DNA from: Podarcis vaucheri | Lineage: Eukaryota | Assembly (NCBI GenBank): GCA_965113315.1 | Contig: OZ220363.1 | Direction: 5' to 3' (one strand) | Length of the DNA stretch: 64,000 nucleotides | Shown here: piece after piece, positions 12,601 to 25,092 of the stretch | How the letters are laid out: every line of letters starts with the position of its first letter | How positions within the stretch are numbered: position 1 is the stretch's first letter | Program-made: the position numbers and the translations under genes | The notes under the pieces: model-generated | Seen by the model: the letters and a program-made list of their open reading frames with translations, nothing else | The model's database searches: none | Told to the model about the DNA's origin: nothing

Positions 12601-15600
12601 TGAGAACAACCCCACCCCCACAACAAGTCTTTTAATTTAAGATCAATGTACACACAATATATGTGTATATGGAAATGTTTGCAATGCAACTGCAGTAGTC
12701 ACACATTGAAATGCAACACATCCAGCCCCAGACCAAGGGGGGGGGCAGGCCACACAAAGTGCAAATCTACTCATCTACAACAAATCTTCTTGTAGGTGGC
12801 AACAACACTGCAAAGCAGCATCCAGAGTGCCTTCTGGACATGCTGGTTAAAGGAACGAAACTCCTTTCCCTAATGGTTATATTTCGCAGCAACAGTAGCT
12901 CCCGGATACGGATCTGAACTTTTGAAAACCAATCAGGATAATTTAATGTATAACCAAGTTATACAGAACACATTGTATGTTCCTAAAGTAACAAAGCGAC
13001 TTGAAATCTGTAAAGGGTGTTAAAAAGTATTACAAATATTACAATTTTCCCCAAAATTTTCACAAAAACAAGGTTCTTTTCGACATTTCCCAAAATTTTG
13101 CAACTCAAATTCTGCTCAAGCCAATTCCTCCTGGGTGAAAGCAACTCAAGCTTACTATTTTCCCCTCTTTCTCCTTACAAATTGCAAAACTTCTCTTCTT
13201 TGAAAAACAATTTGCAACCCATACTTCTTTCAAATGCAAAAAAACCTTCTCTCTCCTAACCACCACAACCCTTTCTGCAGACACAGATTTTCAAACCCTG
13301 CAGGGAATGGGTTTCTTTCTCCTAGTGGCTGAAGCTGATCTCTTACCACCACCATCTTTGCTGATCACAAGATGCACCAAAAGCTTCTACTTGAGGAAAA
13401 AGCTATTGAGAGGTCATTGTTGGAGCAAAGACAATGCACTGTTGTATTTCAGAAAATGCTCTTATGCATCATGCAGGGACATTGGGAGGTTAGCCCAGAG
13501 AGGCACACACTGTGCAAAGATAAGGAAAACTTCTGGAAGTTAATTTCTCCTATAATTTATAAGTCAAAGTTGAGCAGAAAGTTTTTCAGGTTATACTTAG
13601 TCCTTATTTCTCTAAATTTTGAGTTCTGAATTTACCTCCAAATGTCTAGAAAGGCAACTTTGCTAAATAGCTTGCTAACAAAAGAGAAACTCTGAAAACA
13701 CATAATTCAAAGCTCTGCCCAAAGATCTTTGGTTTCTGAGACATCAACAGAAGCCGCCTGCATAATTTCTGAGCTTCTCAACAACGACTCACAGCAGTTA
13801 TGTAATGACAATGCTCGGAATAAATGGCAAAGTGTTTTGCATGAACGGAAGTGAAATATAAAACAAATCTTACTCTGAAGTTACAGATTCTGGTATGGGT
13901 TCCTCAAGGAGTTCAAGGCTGTGCAAGATCCAGTAGCACAACCATGGGCGGCTGGCATCTAGACACTTGGAAGAGAAAACGACAGCTGTTAAAATCCATG
14001 ACTGACACAGCTGCATTTGTTATACCCCAACAAAAGGAGGGCAAAGAAGGCGAATCAGAACTGGAAAGTAAGAGGTTTAGAAGGATAAAGGACACCAATT
14101 TATGAAGGGAATTTACATACCTCTTTAAGAATAGCTTCATTATTCGCACAATCCCAAGCTAACATGAGAACCTCTTTTCATTTATCACCAAATGGACAGA
14201 GCAAAAGACACGGGTAACAAATATTTAGCTTTCTACAACTGAAGTGGCTCCTAGATAATGGATTTAGCAAGGTCAACGGGAACACAGCCGGTGTTTCTAT
14301 GGCCTACAAAAGTGCCCCTCAGTGAGACAGGAAAAGGAAGTCCCTTGATACCTCAGATTCCAGAGAAAAGTTAAAGAAACCTCAGCTGTAGAAAAAGCAA
14401 GGAGGATAATGAGCCATAATCATGTTAACCCACCATCAAATATTTTTCCGCTAACAGAATATAAGCAGGAAGGAAACAGTACAAACTCCCTCAGCCAGAA
14501 GGGATTACCTCATAGGCATCTGTCAGTTGTCTCAGCCCTCTCTTCAGGTAGTGGAAGTGTTTCTCTCGCTGCAAAACAAACCTGAAGGATAGACCAAAAG
14601 ATATACAAATGATCAAAGAACTCATAAAGCCACGTAAGTGCTCTACAGCCATGTGTGTGTTTGTTTAACCCTCCTTTAAAACCATCCAGGATAGTGGGTA
14701 TCTCATCTGAAGTCCATATGGTAATAGTGCAGAGAGAGACAGGAGGGAAACAGTGCAGATGGAATTGACAGAGGAAGTATTCTTAAGTTATTCCTAGAAG
14801 AGCAAAGGCCCCCAGGAGGAGCTGAGAAAGATGGGAGCAGGGAGAACATGCAAGACATTTAAGCAAAGATGAGAAGAGAGAGGAAGCCACTGTTCATAAT
14901 TTTATAAACCTGTGATCATGTCCCTCCTGAGACATCTTTTTCAAAATTAAAGGCAAAACTAGAAGTGACATCATTCACACAACAGCAATTGTGTGTTTCT
15001 TATTTATTTTTTATTAGGTAAACAGCAGGAGCAAGGAGCCAATTTGGACCGGGCCCCTGGCAAGGGGATCAGACCCCTGCATCTGCTGTGGGTAGGGTTG
15101 CCATATGTCTGGAAAACTTTTTTGTCATATGCCAAAAAAAGCTCAACTTTGGGCAAAACTAAAAAAAAGCTCAACAACTCTTCTCTCTGGATTTTGAAAT
15201 ATGGCAACCCTAGCTGTGTGTATTGGAAGAAAAGCTCCCATTTGTGCCAGTCGAGGCTTTCCTTCCAATGCTAACCAGCAGGCATGGGGGCCAGCTCAGC
15301 ACTATCCATTTTGTGATGGAAAGACCAGAACCATCTAAAGCAGGGGTCTGCAACCCGCGGCTCCGGAGCCGCATGTGGCTCTTTTACACCTTTGCTGCGG
15401 CTCCGGGGCGGATACTAGCGAGGGGAGGAGGAGCATTGTGTGCCCCGACACTCCCCACTGTGGCGGGTGCTGTACTGGCTGTGACGTCGCATGGGGGCGG
15501 TGAGTGCGTTAGTCACGCACCGTCCCGACGTCACCTTGCCGCCCACCCGCTACATTGTAAGGGGCATGTATGGTGGTCACTACTACATTGTAAGGGGCAT

Positions 15601-18600
15601 GTACGCAGGTCACTGCATTGAAAGGGGGCATGTACGCTGGTCACTGTTTTGAAGGGGAGTGAAGAACACACACACAAAAAAGGTAACTTGTTAATTTAAC
15701 GTTTATTTCTATGAGGAGGAGTAATTCGGAGGGGTCAAACAAAGAAATAATAAAAAAGTGACAAAAAAGTTATTTTTATAATGACAAGGATGACATTGGG
15801 CCCTCATTATTAATTATTATTTACATCAGGCACTGATTATGATTTATGGTACACTGGGGCCCTGATTAATTTTCTATGTCACAATGGTTTTGCGGCTCCC
15901 AGTTTTTTTTCCTTCGGAAACGGGTCCAAGTGGCTCTTTTTGTCTTAAAGGTTGCAGACCCCTGATCTAAAGTATTGTAAATATGAGTATACCACAACTC
16001 TGTATAAAGGCATTGCTTGAATCCTAAGAGAAAGGAAGGCAGTTCACAGGAAAGTCACCCAGTACTTCCTCACTATTGCAGCTACCTACACACATACCCC
16101 ATTCCCCAAAAGCCTCTCCAGAAAGTTGAGGGCCCTCCTGAACAATGTGGGATGGGGTATATAAATCAGCAGTCAAACAAGAATACGGAGCAAATGGAGG
16201 AAAGATTGCATGGATACAATAACTTACTGCGCGTCGTGATGATTTGTCTTATAAGCATCAAAGACCTCTTGGACTATATCTTCTACTTTTGTCTGCAACA
16301 AGTTAAAGGGACAAAGAAGAGGTACAATAACTTTGGGTGGGGAGGATACAGAGAACACTATATGCTAGCATTTACTATTACTATTATTATTAAAATAATT
16401 TCTACACCACTTTTTTCAAAGGTCTCAAAGCAATTTACTATGTAAATTAACATGCGAGACAAAACATTATAAAATATCAAAATAAAACATTAGAGATGGA
16501 CACATTTAATGCAGCATATGTAACAGGAAAGCAAAATATTTTCTTAAACATAAAAACACGACAGGTAAAAAATCAGAATGCAAGAACCCCTCTGCACTCA
16601 GAAGACAGCACTATTAAGAAAGAAGCATCACAGCACAAATGGAGCAATATGGCATGGCATGCCAAGAAGAAAAGTGTCTACGGCAGCTGTGAGAAATTGT
16701 TAAAAGGGTGTCAGAGTTCAAGAGGGCTGCTGCTGTTCCAGTTTAAAAACAACAACACAGAGGCTCGTAAAAGAAGTGGATGGTAACAAATAACAAGCTA
16801 TAGCTCCTTTAGTATATCACATTACACAACTGCTGCCCCTGAGGAAAGGCCACAGATGAAAGGCAGAATGTCCCACGTTCAATCCCTGGCATCTTCTAGT
16901 CCAAAATTAAGATAGGCAGCACTGAGATAGATGGGTCAGTGGTTTGACCAGGTCTAAGGTAACTTCCTATGTGCCTGTGGTTCAGTGATGCAGCACCCAA
17001 TCAAAAAGGCTCTTCTGCTCCTCCCAGGACATCCCACCCATGTAGCACTGTACAGTATGCACAACCCAGGCTGATCCTGGGGGGGGGGGGAAGAGTTGAC
17101 CACAAGCACTTTCCAAGAATCACTGAGGGTTTTAGCACCCGTAGGAGCACATAGCTAGAATCAAGACACATAATGAAGCCCTCCACCCATCTCCTCAGTG
17201 AAACGTACCATCAAACAGAATGCATGGGAGCAAAATCAATAGTTGGTATGATAGGAAACATTAGATTAGATCACATACAGTGGTGCCCCGCAAGACGAAT
17301 GCCTCGCAAGACGAAAAACTCGCTAGACGAAAGGGTTTTCCGTTTTTGCGTTGCTTCGCTAGACGAATTTCCCTATGGGCTTGCTTCGCAAGACGAAAAC
17401 GTCTTGCGCTTTTTTTTTTTAAAGCCGCTTGAAGAGGCGCAGTTGCGACGGACCGTGCTTCGCAAGACGAAAAACATCACAAGACAAAAAGACTCGCGGA
17501 ACGAATTATTTTCATCTTGCGAGGCACCACTGTATATATTTAGGCAGCGGAGGACACAACACTTGCAAAATCTTGTTGTGAGGACTCCATTTGGATAGAA
17601 CGGAGTCATTTTTAGCACATTCTTCCATCTATATATGTATGGAGAAAGAGAGAGTAACTGGCAACAGTGAGTGGAGGGCGTTTCGCCATGGAATGAGAAA
17701 CTTGCAGGCTAATAACTTACTGCTGCCATGCTAATCTATATTAAGCTAAGCTCTGGCTTCGTTTTCCCGCCACCTTTGCCATAACTGTCTGCCAACACAG
17801 TGACATCATGAATTGATATATTATTTGTGAGACACCACCACTTCAGTAAGGAGCATCTTAAAGGTGATGGGACTTTCTGCTGACAAGGCAAGGACTTGTT
17901 CCACCTGCCTTGCCCCACCCTCCAACCCTCAGAGCCCTAAAAGCCTTCAGAACGCAGTTGCTGCCACGGGCATGATGTGTATGCGTCTTCTGATGAACTG
18001 AGTGGAAGTCTGAGTCATGGGGATAGAGAAAGAGTGTGTGTGATTTCAACAGTGCTTAGTTTTGTTTTTGGTTGTTAGTTTGTTAATGTTCACATTGAGT
18101 TGTGGATTGTGAGTGCTGCAATGCTTTGTGAATCTTATAATATAACTTTTCTTGTGGTTGTGCTGTTTAGCCTATTTTTTAAGTGCCTTTGTTAATAGTG
18201 TTTCATACAAGGTGGTTGTTTTACTGATGATTTGTTAAATTATTTTGTATGATTTATGTTGTAATTGGGATGTTTTACTATGCTATTACAGTGGTACCTC
18301 AGTTTTGGAATGTAATCTGTTCCAGAAGACTGTTCGAGTTCTGAAACGTTCGAAAACCGAGGATACAACAGCTGACAGCTAGGCCTCAGGATCTTGCACT
18401 CAGCAGAAGCCGCATGGCATGTTCGACTTCTGAGGCGTGTTTGGAAACCAAAGCAATTACTTCCAAGGTTTATGGCGTTTGTAAACCGAAATGTTCGTCA
18501 ACGGAGACGTTCAAAAACCGAGGTACCACTGTATTTGTTAGCCGCTTTGTGATTTGTATGAGTGAAAAGAGGCATAGAAATATAATGAATGAATTGCTTA

Positions 18601-21600
18601 ATGAAAGACGGACAATGGGGAAGAAGTGCAAGAAGGAGAGAAGCAAGGCAGCAGGGTATTTAAACACAACCACAGGGTTCCAGATTTCTCCCTCTTCTCT
18701 TAAGAGGCTGCTGCTCCTCCAGCTCCCAACAAAAGAAAGGGAACTGCTATGAAGCATGTATGGGGAAGTGGAAGTCATTGGAAACCAGGCTCACTGAGAG
18801 AGGCGGAGGGGAAATAGCAAGGGGAGACAGAGAAGAAGAAGCTCAACACATCATAAGGTTGAGTGTAATAGGTGAGGAAAGGTTCTAGGAACTAGGAGTT
18901 GCAGAATCAGTGCAAGGTGTGTGCATGAACACGCTTAGTTTTAATAATTTGCCTATGCATGAAAGCAGCCAGGGTAAGCTGAAGCCAGCACTAAGTGCTC
19001 GGCAACAGAACAGGGAAATATGTTAGGTCTCTGACCAGCTCATGCTGTATTCCTACTCAATGGCTACATGAACAAAGAAATCCACATTGGCATTCACATC
19101 CTTATTCCACAGCTCACCTTAATTGGGGCCACAAAGCCTCAATTGACACTTTCCTGCTCTTTTGCCCTGGTATCTAATGTTTTCTCACTGTCTCAGATTT
19201 GAAAAGTGCTGCCTTCTCCATTAAAGGTCAGATTCTGGGGAGAGATAATGAGCAGCAATCACCCCTCAGGGATGTCTCAGGCCTCCAGCAAGGAAGAAAG
19301 TCCAACTAGTAATCATGTTTACTGGATGACTGTAATTTCAGCTGCTTTGGTCTGAACAGTGGAAAGCGGCAAGTGCAACTAAAATCAGAAGCAGGCCACA
19401 AAATCCAAGACTACATCCACACAATACGTTTAAAGCAAATGACATCTCCGCAAAGAATCCTGAGAACTCTGATTCACCTCTCATGGAGCTACAATTCACA
19501 GCACTTTTAACTACAGTTCACAGGATTATTTGGAGGAACTCATGTGCCTTAAATGTATGGTCTGAATGCAGCCTAGTATAGCACATCAAATGCATTCAGT
19601 TTCTAATACAAAGAACTATTTTGCCAGCCACATATGCTTTGACTTTAGCAAATTTCTTTCCAGAACCTTAGGAAAGGCAGTTGGCTTCCCCTCAATTTCA
19701 GAGCTTCTCTCAAGGATTGAGTACTATTTGGAAGGGAAGGGGTCAAATGAACTAAGCAACTGAGTAACTTTACATAAGTTCCTTTTGCTCAGCTTTGCAG
19801 CTATAGAAACCATGACCATCAAGAAAAAGATGGTCAAACACTATCGGTTAAGCAAGATTTATAAATAATCATAATTTGTTCATTGTCCCGCCAGTTGAAC
19901 TTCAAATAATGAAGTATTTCCATGACTAACAGGACTTAATTAAAACCAGTAGAAGGATAATTTAAGTCCTATAAACTCTAGGATAGTCATTTCCATGATT
20001 TAACTGGAAATGATTTACTGCTTAATTCTTTTACAAAACCAAGCAAACCAAAGGAAAATCATAACTATTAGTGCTCTACTCAGCTGTGTCTATTCAACAC
20101 TACTTATCCATTTATGCTCTGATTTTACACAAGTAAGTTTGTTAAATCTCTGTCTTCTATAGCCTGTCTTCCTGAGCCAAAGAGCTCAATTCTTATGAAG
20201 GGGCATACCTGGCCACGCCCATCCAACTTTTGCACAATTAAGAAACCAGTGGTATTATGTCAGAAATATGAATGACAGGCTTTAGCCTAATGAAGTTAAC
20301 AGAACAAGTGGTTTGAGACTTGCAGCTTTGGAATACTTTTAATTGTCCTGTCTACCAGTGGACTTGGTGAATACTGTGAGCTGAATACTACATAAAATAT
20401 ATGCAACAAGGTGGTGTACAACATGAGAACATAAAAATCTACTGGATTACTACCATTTTGCCATCTATATTTCTGAGGGAAAGTATATGCAGGTCTTACC
20501 ACACAATCACCATAGGAAGCAGGTCTAGCAATACCTATCACATTTTCCACTTAGAAAAATGGGTCACCTTACACAAAGTCAGATGACTGTCCAACCAGAA
20601 TTGAAGAACAGTCAGCCCAAGGGCAGGTAGAGGTCTTTCCTCTCACTGATTAATTCCAGAAACTGAGAAGAACTTGTATATGTCATGGATATGCCCTACT
20701 AACTAAAGCTCAACCCCCTTTATCCCCTCCTGGTCAATAATTAAGATGTCTTCCACAGAGAACAAAAGGGATATAATCACTGAAATACAGAGACCTTTCA
20801 GCAGGTAACTTGAATGCTTAAAATATATCAGTAAATTGCTCCACACATTTTACTAACACAACAAAATTGTGATGTGATTGAAAGGACGCCTTTGATTGAT
20901 TCCACAGGGGTAGCCATGTTTGTTTGTTGGTGAATCAGTTATGTCTGTTGCTTGCCCTTTCTTAAACACAGTTCCTCAATACAATACCACAGCAGCAACA
21001 TACATACATGTACAACAAAACTGCTGAGTGTTCCACTATATATTGAGAAAGATGTAGCCTTACATTTAGTTCAGTGTTTAAAAAACACACACACCATATT
21101 ATATGATGGAGGACCTGGGGCTAGCATGCTTTGAACTGTTATCCTATGGAGCCTTGTAACTTGCTGATCACCAGAAAGTCCTTTTCTCAGAGTCCTGATA
21201 GTGTATTGCAGCCCTTCTGCCCCCAACCTCTGAATTCCAAGCCTATGTCCTTGCTCCTCCGTGAGTTCAAGCCTTTTATCTCTTCACCTCTTGTTGTTCA
21301 TGAGCGCTCAAAACATGTACATCAGGATGATGCCTTCCCATTATCTGCTGTTTTAGAAGCATCATCCTCCACAGTATGACATTGACTTTTCAAAGGTCAC
21401 GTAGTTCCAAGGCTACCTTCCCCCTGAACATTGCAAACAACATTGCTCCGTAATCAAACCTGAAGCCAGGCGGGTCAGGAACTGCTTACCATGCAAATTT
21501 CAAACAGGTTTTATAAAGGCATAAAGTTACTAAGCATCACAGTAATTAGGCACTGGCAGGAATAAATGCTTAATCACTAAGGCTTATAATATTGATGTTG

Positions 21601-22998
21601 TATAAAATACCCACTTCTCTTTTCCTCAAAAATACTTATGCCTGAATTGTTAAAGGAATAGATAGAAAAGCTTGGGAAGAACTAACATTCTAGACCTTTT
21701 ATCTCCAAAGATGTTAAAGCTTTGCCTGGTTCCAAATGTATCAGTCCTCACAACTTTTTTGTTTAAGGTTATGGAAGCAATGTCCTCCTACACAGCTTGG
21801 TGTTCCAGTACTTAAATTTAGAAATTCAGTGTTCTTCACTACCAATGAATTTCTAAATTTAAGTACTGGAACACCAAACTGTGTAGGAGGACACATCATT
21901 GTCACTGTGCACCTCTCAATTCAGTCTCTGACCTTACGTAGGAAAGAACCACAAAGGGATTCTAGTTGTGATTACTTGATCTGTCTGCACGATTGGGGAA
22001 CCTGATAAAAGTGTCCATGACAGAACTGAGTAAGAAGGGTGGTGAGAGACAGCAGCTAGTGGAAAGGGAACTGGTGTGGGATGCAACCCCTTATCATTTG
22101 AACCCAGCACTCTTTATAACCATTGTTACCTTGCTTGTGTTTTTTTAAAAAATAGGCACAGTAATATATTTTTCTTTGACCACTTCTGTTAGCATACAAA
22201 TAGGCAGACTTGAAAGTTGCAGGGATACAGTAAGATTTGGATATGAATAGGATGTGTGCCTATAACCAGAAATAGGTGTGAGCTGGAAGTGGGGAAGTTT
22301 GGCTGATGGAGATGGGGAAGCACCACTATTAAAACCACTCTGAATCTCCATTTGTCCCAATCTACAGATTCCCCAAAGGAAGTGGCGTCGAAATTCACAA
22401 ACTACGAGGAACACCACGTTTTTCTCCTGTTTCCCCACAAACAGTTACTCTCTAACAAGGTTTCAAAGAACGAAAGAGGAGGTGCAAAGCGGTTCTCCAA
22501 CGTGTGCAGACAAGGAACTCCATCGTGTGTGATGGGAAGCAGACAAATGGCAAAAAACAGAAGCGACTTAAGCATATTAATGAATTAGCTTCCACGGGCA
22601 ATGGACTACCTGAAATGGACTTAAGGCGGCACATGGAGAAGTAGAGGCTAAACCGAATCCAACAAGATAATATACCTCAAAAAAGCCCCACCCCGCAACC
22701 CTAGAGATTCTCACTGTGCTGAACACAATGGATCTACAGGGCGGCCACCGGGGCACCGTTCTCTCTCCGCCCGTGCAGAGAAACAGACCGGACCCCTGAA
22801 GCCGCACGTCCGCGAAGTGCACCCTGGGAGTTGTAGTCCCTCTCCCTGGAAAGAGGGGGCGGCTCCCAGCCCCACCTGCTCGGCTGAAGTGAGGGTCCGA
22901 ACTCCGTCGTCCTCCAGCCTCTCCCGGCCCGCTTCCGTGCCGCCCCGCCGGTAGCGTCTCCTGTCGGCGACGGGCTGGGTAGAAGCGGCGGCCGCCAT
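3500..22998 (-). CDS. FNTB: Protein farnesyltransferase subunit beta, whole gene span (12 coding exons, 1272 nt CDS, 423 aa)
   Basis: Spliced translation matches vertebrate FTase beta (CLDASRPWLCYWILHSL, GGFGGGPNQYPHLAPTYAAV, GRCNKLVDGCYSFWQ, RDFYHTCYCLSGLS). All introns are GT-AG and phases join without frameshift. Confidence 0.98.
4236..5214 (+). mobile_element. 5'-truncated L1-clade LINE in FNTB intron 11
   Basis: ORF2 C-terminus with zinc-knuckle-like CWRC...H motif (4228-4845), T-rich 3'UTR, AATAAA and A-rich tail; 13-bp TSD AGAAAATGCTTCT at 4223-4235 and 5215-5227. Confidence 0.9.
5832..5946 (-). CDS. FNTB: FNTB exon 11 (FRDFYHTCYCLSGLSIAQHFGSGDLLHEVVLGVPENRL)
   Basis: 115 nt; zinc-ligand His in DFYH; AG acceptor, gtaagc donor. 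Confidence 0.97.
6126..6352. mobile_element. Tc1/mariner-type MITE
   Basis: Perfect 23-bp terminal inverted repeat (TIR) CAGTGGTACCTTGGTTCCCAAAC; TA TSD. Confidence 0.9.
6465..6576 (-). CDS. FNTB: FNTB exon 10 (DSALSMTHWMFDQEALQEYILLCCQCPAGGLLDKPG)
   Basis: 112 nt; AG acceptor, gtgagc donor. Confidence 0.97.
8206..8338 (-). CDS. FNTB: FNTB exon 9 (HWVTSRQMRFEGGFQGRCNKLVDGCYSFWQ...ALHAK)
   Basis: 133 nt; zinc-ligand DGC motif; AG acceptor, gtgagt donor. Confidence 0.98.
9324..9453 (-). CDS. FNTB: FNTB exon 8 (CQNWEGGIGGVPGMEAHGGYTFCG...LKSLL)
   Basis: 130 nt; AG acceptor, gtaagt donor. Confidence 0.97.
9638..9724 (-). CDS. FNTB: FNTB exon 7 (SAYCAASVASLTNIITPTLFEGTADWIAR)
   Basis: 87 nt; AG/GT boundaries. 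Confidence 0.97.
10715..10798 (-). CDS. FNTB: FNTB exon 6 (EKLLDYLYSLKQPDGSFIMHIGGEVDVR)
   Basis: 84 nt; AG/GT boundaries. Confidence 0.97.
11729..11875 (-). CDS. FNTB: FNTB exon 5 (VCQFLSRCQSPSGGFGGG...YSVINR)
   Basis: 147 nt; prenyltransferase repeat; AG/GT boundaries. Confidence 0.97.
13874..13965 (-). CDS. FNTB: FNTB exon 4 (CLDASRPWLCYWILHSLELLEEPIPESVTSD)
   Basis: 92 nt; AG/GT boundaries; conserved peptide. Confidence 0.97.
14509..14581 (-). CDS. FNTB: FNTB exon 3 (FVLQREKHFHYLKRGLRQLTDAYE)
   Basis: 73 nt; AG/GT boundaries; conserved peptide. Confidence 0.97.
15093..15212. mobile_element. hAT-type MITE
   Basis: 14-bp TIR TAGGGTTGCCATAT; 8-bp TSD GCTGTGGG / GCTGTGTG (7 of 8 match). 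Confidence 0.8.
15341..15964. mobile_element. Non-autonomous hAT (Charlie-like) element
   Basis: Perfect 15-bp TIR CAGGGGTCTGCAACC; perfect 8-bp TSD ATCTAAAG; internal tandem TACATTGTAAGGGGCATGTA repeats. Confidence 0.92.
16228..16292 (-). CDS. FNTB: FNTB exon 2 (TKVEDIVQEVFDAYKTNHHDAQ)
   Basis: 65 nt; ttgcag acceptor, gtaagt donor. Confidence 0.95.
17278..17532. mobile_element. Tc1/mariner-type MITE
   Basis: TIR CAGTGGTGCC..CGCAAGA; TA TSD; internal reiterated CGCAAGACGAA. Confidence 0.88.
18289..18531. mobile_element. Tc1/mariner-type MITE
   Basis: TIR CAGTGGTACCTC / GAGGTACCACTG; TA TSD. Confidence 0.88.
21781..21893. repeat. 48-bp inverted repeat with a 17-nt spacer
   Basis: Arms 21781-21828 and 21846-21893; 47 of 48 positions complementary. 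Confidence 0.95.
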
Positions 22999-23310
22999 GA
23001 TCCCACAGAGCCGCTCAGCCCGCGCGACTGAGGCTGGCAGCCCGAGAGGCAGTGTGCTCAAGCCCGGGTACGGCGGCTCGCTGAAGGCAAGAAAGGTCCG
23101 GGCGCGCTGCTCTATTACTATATACTGTTAGCAGCTTCGCCCAAACGCGCTGGGAAGCGCCGGCGGCAGCGTCGGTAACTCACTGCCGCCCCCACGTGGC
23201 GCCTATTTTAAACCGCCAGTTTCGGCTCTCATAATGTGCCTCAGATGCGGCAAGCGACTGCTAGACGCTGTGATCCCAGGCGGGAATCCTCTCTCTCTGA
23301 CGCAATGCGC
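22730..23310. promoter_or_regulatory. CpG island / FNTB promoter
   Basis: High GC and CpG density around exon 1; E-box CACGTG at 23193-23198; ZNF143/THAP11-type ACTACAACTCCCA (minus, 22825-22837); YY1-like CCGCCAT over the start codon. Confidence 0.85.
22876..22998 (-). CDS. FNTB: FNTB coding exon 1 (MAAAASTQ...RTLTSAEQ)
   Basis: ATG at 22998 inside a CpG island; RERLEDDGVRTLTSAEQ motif; donor CAG|GTGGGG. Confidence 0.93.
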
Positions 23311-23876
23311 CCTGCTTAAGAGCTGGAGGAACCACAAGAGGGATCCCTCAAACCAGTTTAACTACAGGCACTAGAGCTGTCCATGCGGCATGAAAAGGGA
23401 GTTCCCCTCCCTCTTCACAGACCAGTTTATTTAAAGGGGAAGTGGGTTCCCAAGTTACTTGCCCTGCTTTTTAGCCCGCTTTTGCTCGCGTTAGCGAGTG
23501 AGTGAGCTGAGCAGACAACAGCTCCTGGAAATCTCTAGGCAGGCTGCTTGTTGTAAGGCAATTCTCCCTTTCCAGCGTCGACAGGTGGTGTGTGGGAAGA
23601 GTTGCTCTCCAGTGGCTCCAGATGGAAAACTGAACTCCTACTTACCATGACTGTGCTTTGTTCCCAGTCTCCTTGCCGGTTTAAGAGTGCTGCGTTGCTC
23701 GCGACTTCAGTAGGCCTAGGGAACTTGTGGTCTCCTAGTTTTTTGCACTCCTGTTATCCACGGCCGCTGGGCACGCTGGCTGGGGCTGATGGGAATAGGA
23801 GCCTAACAATATCTGGTCACAGGTTACCCCATCCTTGCTGTAGTGGCTTCAAAAGTATACTTTATTATGTTTCCCT

Positions 23877-23914
<38 letters not shown>

Positions 23915-23951
23915 GTTCTATTCAGATTTGAGCAATGCAGAGATCAGCAGG

Positions 23952-23985
<34 letters not shown>
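23877..23985. repeat. (CT)n(CA)n and (AAT)n microsatellites
   Basis: Seen directly. Confidence 0.9.
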
Positions 23986-23987
<2 letters not shown>

Positions 23988-24950
23988 TTGTTTATACCCC
24001 ACCCATCTGGCAGGGTTTCCCCAGCCACTCTGGACAGCTCAGTATTAGTTGTGGATCCAGCTAGAGTGCTAAATACCGGTAATCCTTTTTCAGGGGTGAA
24101 ACTAGGCTCATTTTCACCCAGATCAAAGACCCAGTTTGGCATACACACATCCGATGTGCATTTGTGTACACACATCACAAGCTGGGAGCCTCAATGGTGC
24201 CCCTCAGGAGGTTTCACCTGGGACAAAAAACCTGGCTAACCCCTCCCCCTATAGCTATGGCTCTGCCCTTTTTATGCCTATCTTGCGTTTCCAGTATTTA
24301 AAACTAGCTATGATCATTCAGATGTAAGGAGGAGGGGAGATTTTGCTCAACAAAGGGGAATTATTGTGCGCTTGGAGAGAAATTGATTGATAACAACTGA
24401 GGCAGACAAAGGAGTAGGGTTCCAACCTGGGTTCATTGGAGTGGAGCCTAGGGCCCTGAGTGGTTCTCTTTCTTCAGGTTAGTTCTTGGTTTCTTTTTGT
24501 GTGTGCCCCCCACCCCAAATACACATTGTGTGTGGGCTGACATTCATCTCTCTTGTTTAAGAAAATTTGCCTCCAATTTTTCCTCTCCTGAAACTGAAGG
24601 GACTGAAGTCTTTGTATTTCTCAACATGAGCAGGCCAGCTTGTGTGATAGCATTAGTTTTAAAATAGCTGCATTTTCCTTTTTCTATGAACAGGCAATCT
24701 TTACAACCGCAGTGCCTCATCTGCCCTAATGAACCAGTCTTCATGGGATGCCCATAAAGGTCTTCATGTGAGACACCAAATCAAGCTCTCAGTTCAGAAA
24801 ACCTGGGAGGAGAACCTACGCAGAAACAAAGAGGTGGAGAAATTAAAAAATTGCTTCAAAATAAGTTTAACCCAGCTTCTCCAAGATTCAGAAGGAAACT
24901 GCAACTTAGGGTAACGCTTACATGTATCTCATGAAGTGTTCTCTAGTGAA

Positions 24951-25092
24951 CAGTGTTTTTTTCTTTAAAAATGCTTTAGGGGTACTCTCCTTTTCCTACT
25001 CATATTGAAATACTGCCCTTCAATGAGGTCAAACTTAGATTCACAAAATGTTTAGGGGTATGCATACCCCTGCGTCCTTCCAGGAAGCACTG
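24951..25092. mobile_element. hAT-type MITE
   Basis: CAGTG...CACTG termini; 8-bp TSD CTAGTGAA / CTAGTGAC. Confidence 0.75.

Noticed and set aside
17278-17532. Short reiterated motifs resembling a CRISPR-like array
   Set aside because: Eukaryotic DNA; the repeats are irregular and lie inside a TIR/TA-flanked MITE.
22999-23061. N-terminal extension of FNTB suggested by the ORF track
   Set aside because: It starts at a non-ATG codon; the ATG at 22998 gives a normal-length protein.
24384-24386. In-frame TGA in the cryptic exon as a second selenocysteine
   Set aside because: No SECIS seen downstream and no redox motif; a nonsense mutation or non-coding status is simpler.
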